Shown here: positions 63,589 to 64,000 of the stretch, piece by piece
How the letters are laid out: the number at the start of each line of letters is the position of its first letter
Numbering within the stretch: position 1 is the first letter of the stretch
Source: Paraspadella gotoi
Lineage: Eukaryota; Animalia; Chaetognatha
DNA length: 64,000 bases
NCBI GenBank assembly: GCA_051294375.1
Contig: CM119271.1
Span: forward strand, 9,820,291 to 9,884,290
Direction of reading: 5' to 3'
Made by a program: the position numbers and the translations under genes
The notes under the pieces: model-generated
What the model saw: only the letters and a program-made list of their open reading frames with translations
Databases searched by the model: none
Told to the model about the DNA's origin: nothing

Positions 63589-64000
63589 CTGAAAATCGTC
63601 GTCTCCCCGTCGTTACGTTGTTTTGTCTCGGCTTCCGTTTGTTTTAGTTAAAATGTTTTAGGTATTGTATTGTTACGTATTATTTTTTTTTGTTTTAAAT
63701 TCATCTTTAACATGTCAAGTCAAAGGAATTTTTATTTATTTTCTAAATTAAGTTTATAACGACTTTGTCCTCGCCTTTTCCTGGGAATAACCTAATGAAA
63801 AGAAAACTAAGCTTTTAGATCTTGAAAATTTACTTTTCAAAAAGTTTTATACCAGGATCAAAAATTTTAAAACCAGAGAGCTCCTCATTTCAACGATATT
63901 ACAAATTCTGTTACTCCGATCTTAAGTCAGCGTCCGGAGGCGCAATCCGATAAATTCGCTTTACTAAATTCTGAAAAAACTCAACTTCTAGATGAAAATC

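Larger units (their letters stand above)
59875..64000 (+). repeat. Direct, cleaner copy of 37666-42418
   Basis: Colinear match from GTGCAGAGAAAAT..CGTATC to CAACTTCTAGATGAAA, including exons 10-11. Confidence 0.92.

Noticed and set aside
17958-64000. Tandem family of several ADAM paralogues or pseudogenes
   Set aside because: Copies include identical introns and differ by random indels rather than synonymous substitutions; a single gene represented redundantly is more parsimonious.

Overview
Eukaryotic (invertebrate-like, GT-AG introns, very (GA)n/(CT)n-rich) draft-assembly sequence with several N gaps and stretches that look like unpolished long reads. The main content is one multi-exon meltrin-type (ADAM12/19/33-like) metalloprotease-disintegrin gene on the + strand. 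Its exons run from about 17958 through the prodomain, the reprolysin domain (HELGHNFGMEHD after indel correction, CIM Met-turn), the disintegrin domain and the start of the Cys-rich domain. The prodomain/linker is unusually long, low-complexity and has three furin-type sites. From about 27 kb on, the locus is present several times: direct duplicates plus a ~12.7 kb fold-back inversion (47081-59830) whose error rate rises away from the fold, most likely an assembly or read artefact. Most interesting observations: (1) a 189-bp insertion at 9151-9339 with a 13-bp target-site duplication, a perfect 46-bp inverted repeat and a minimal type-I hammerhead ribozyme, matching Penelope-like element LTR architecture; (2) an apparent antisense gene with an Asp/Asn-rich terminal exon nested in an ADAM intron; (3) four copies of a Helentron/DINE-like non-autonomous element. 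Also present: a 70-bp satellite, a LINE RT fragment, tRNA-derived remnants and a possible death-fold terminal exon at the window start. No CRISPR array, rRNA or prokaryotic system is supported. All calls were made by eye; no database searches were run.
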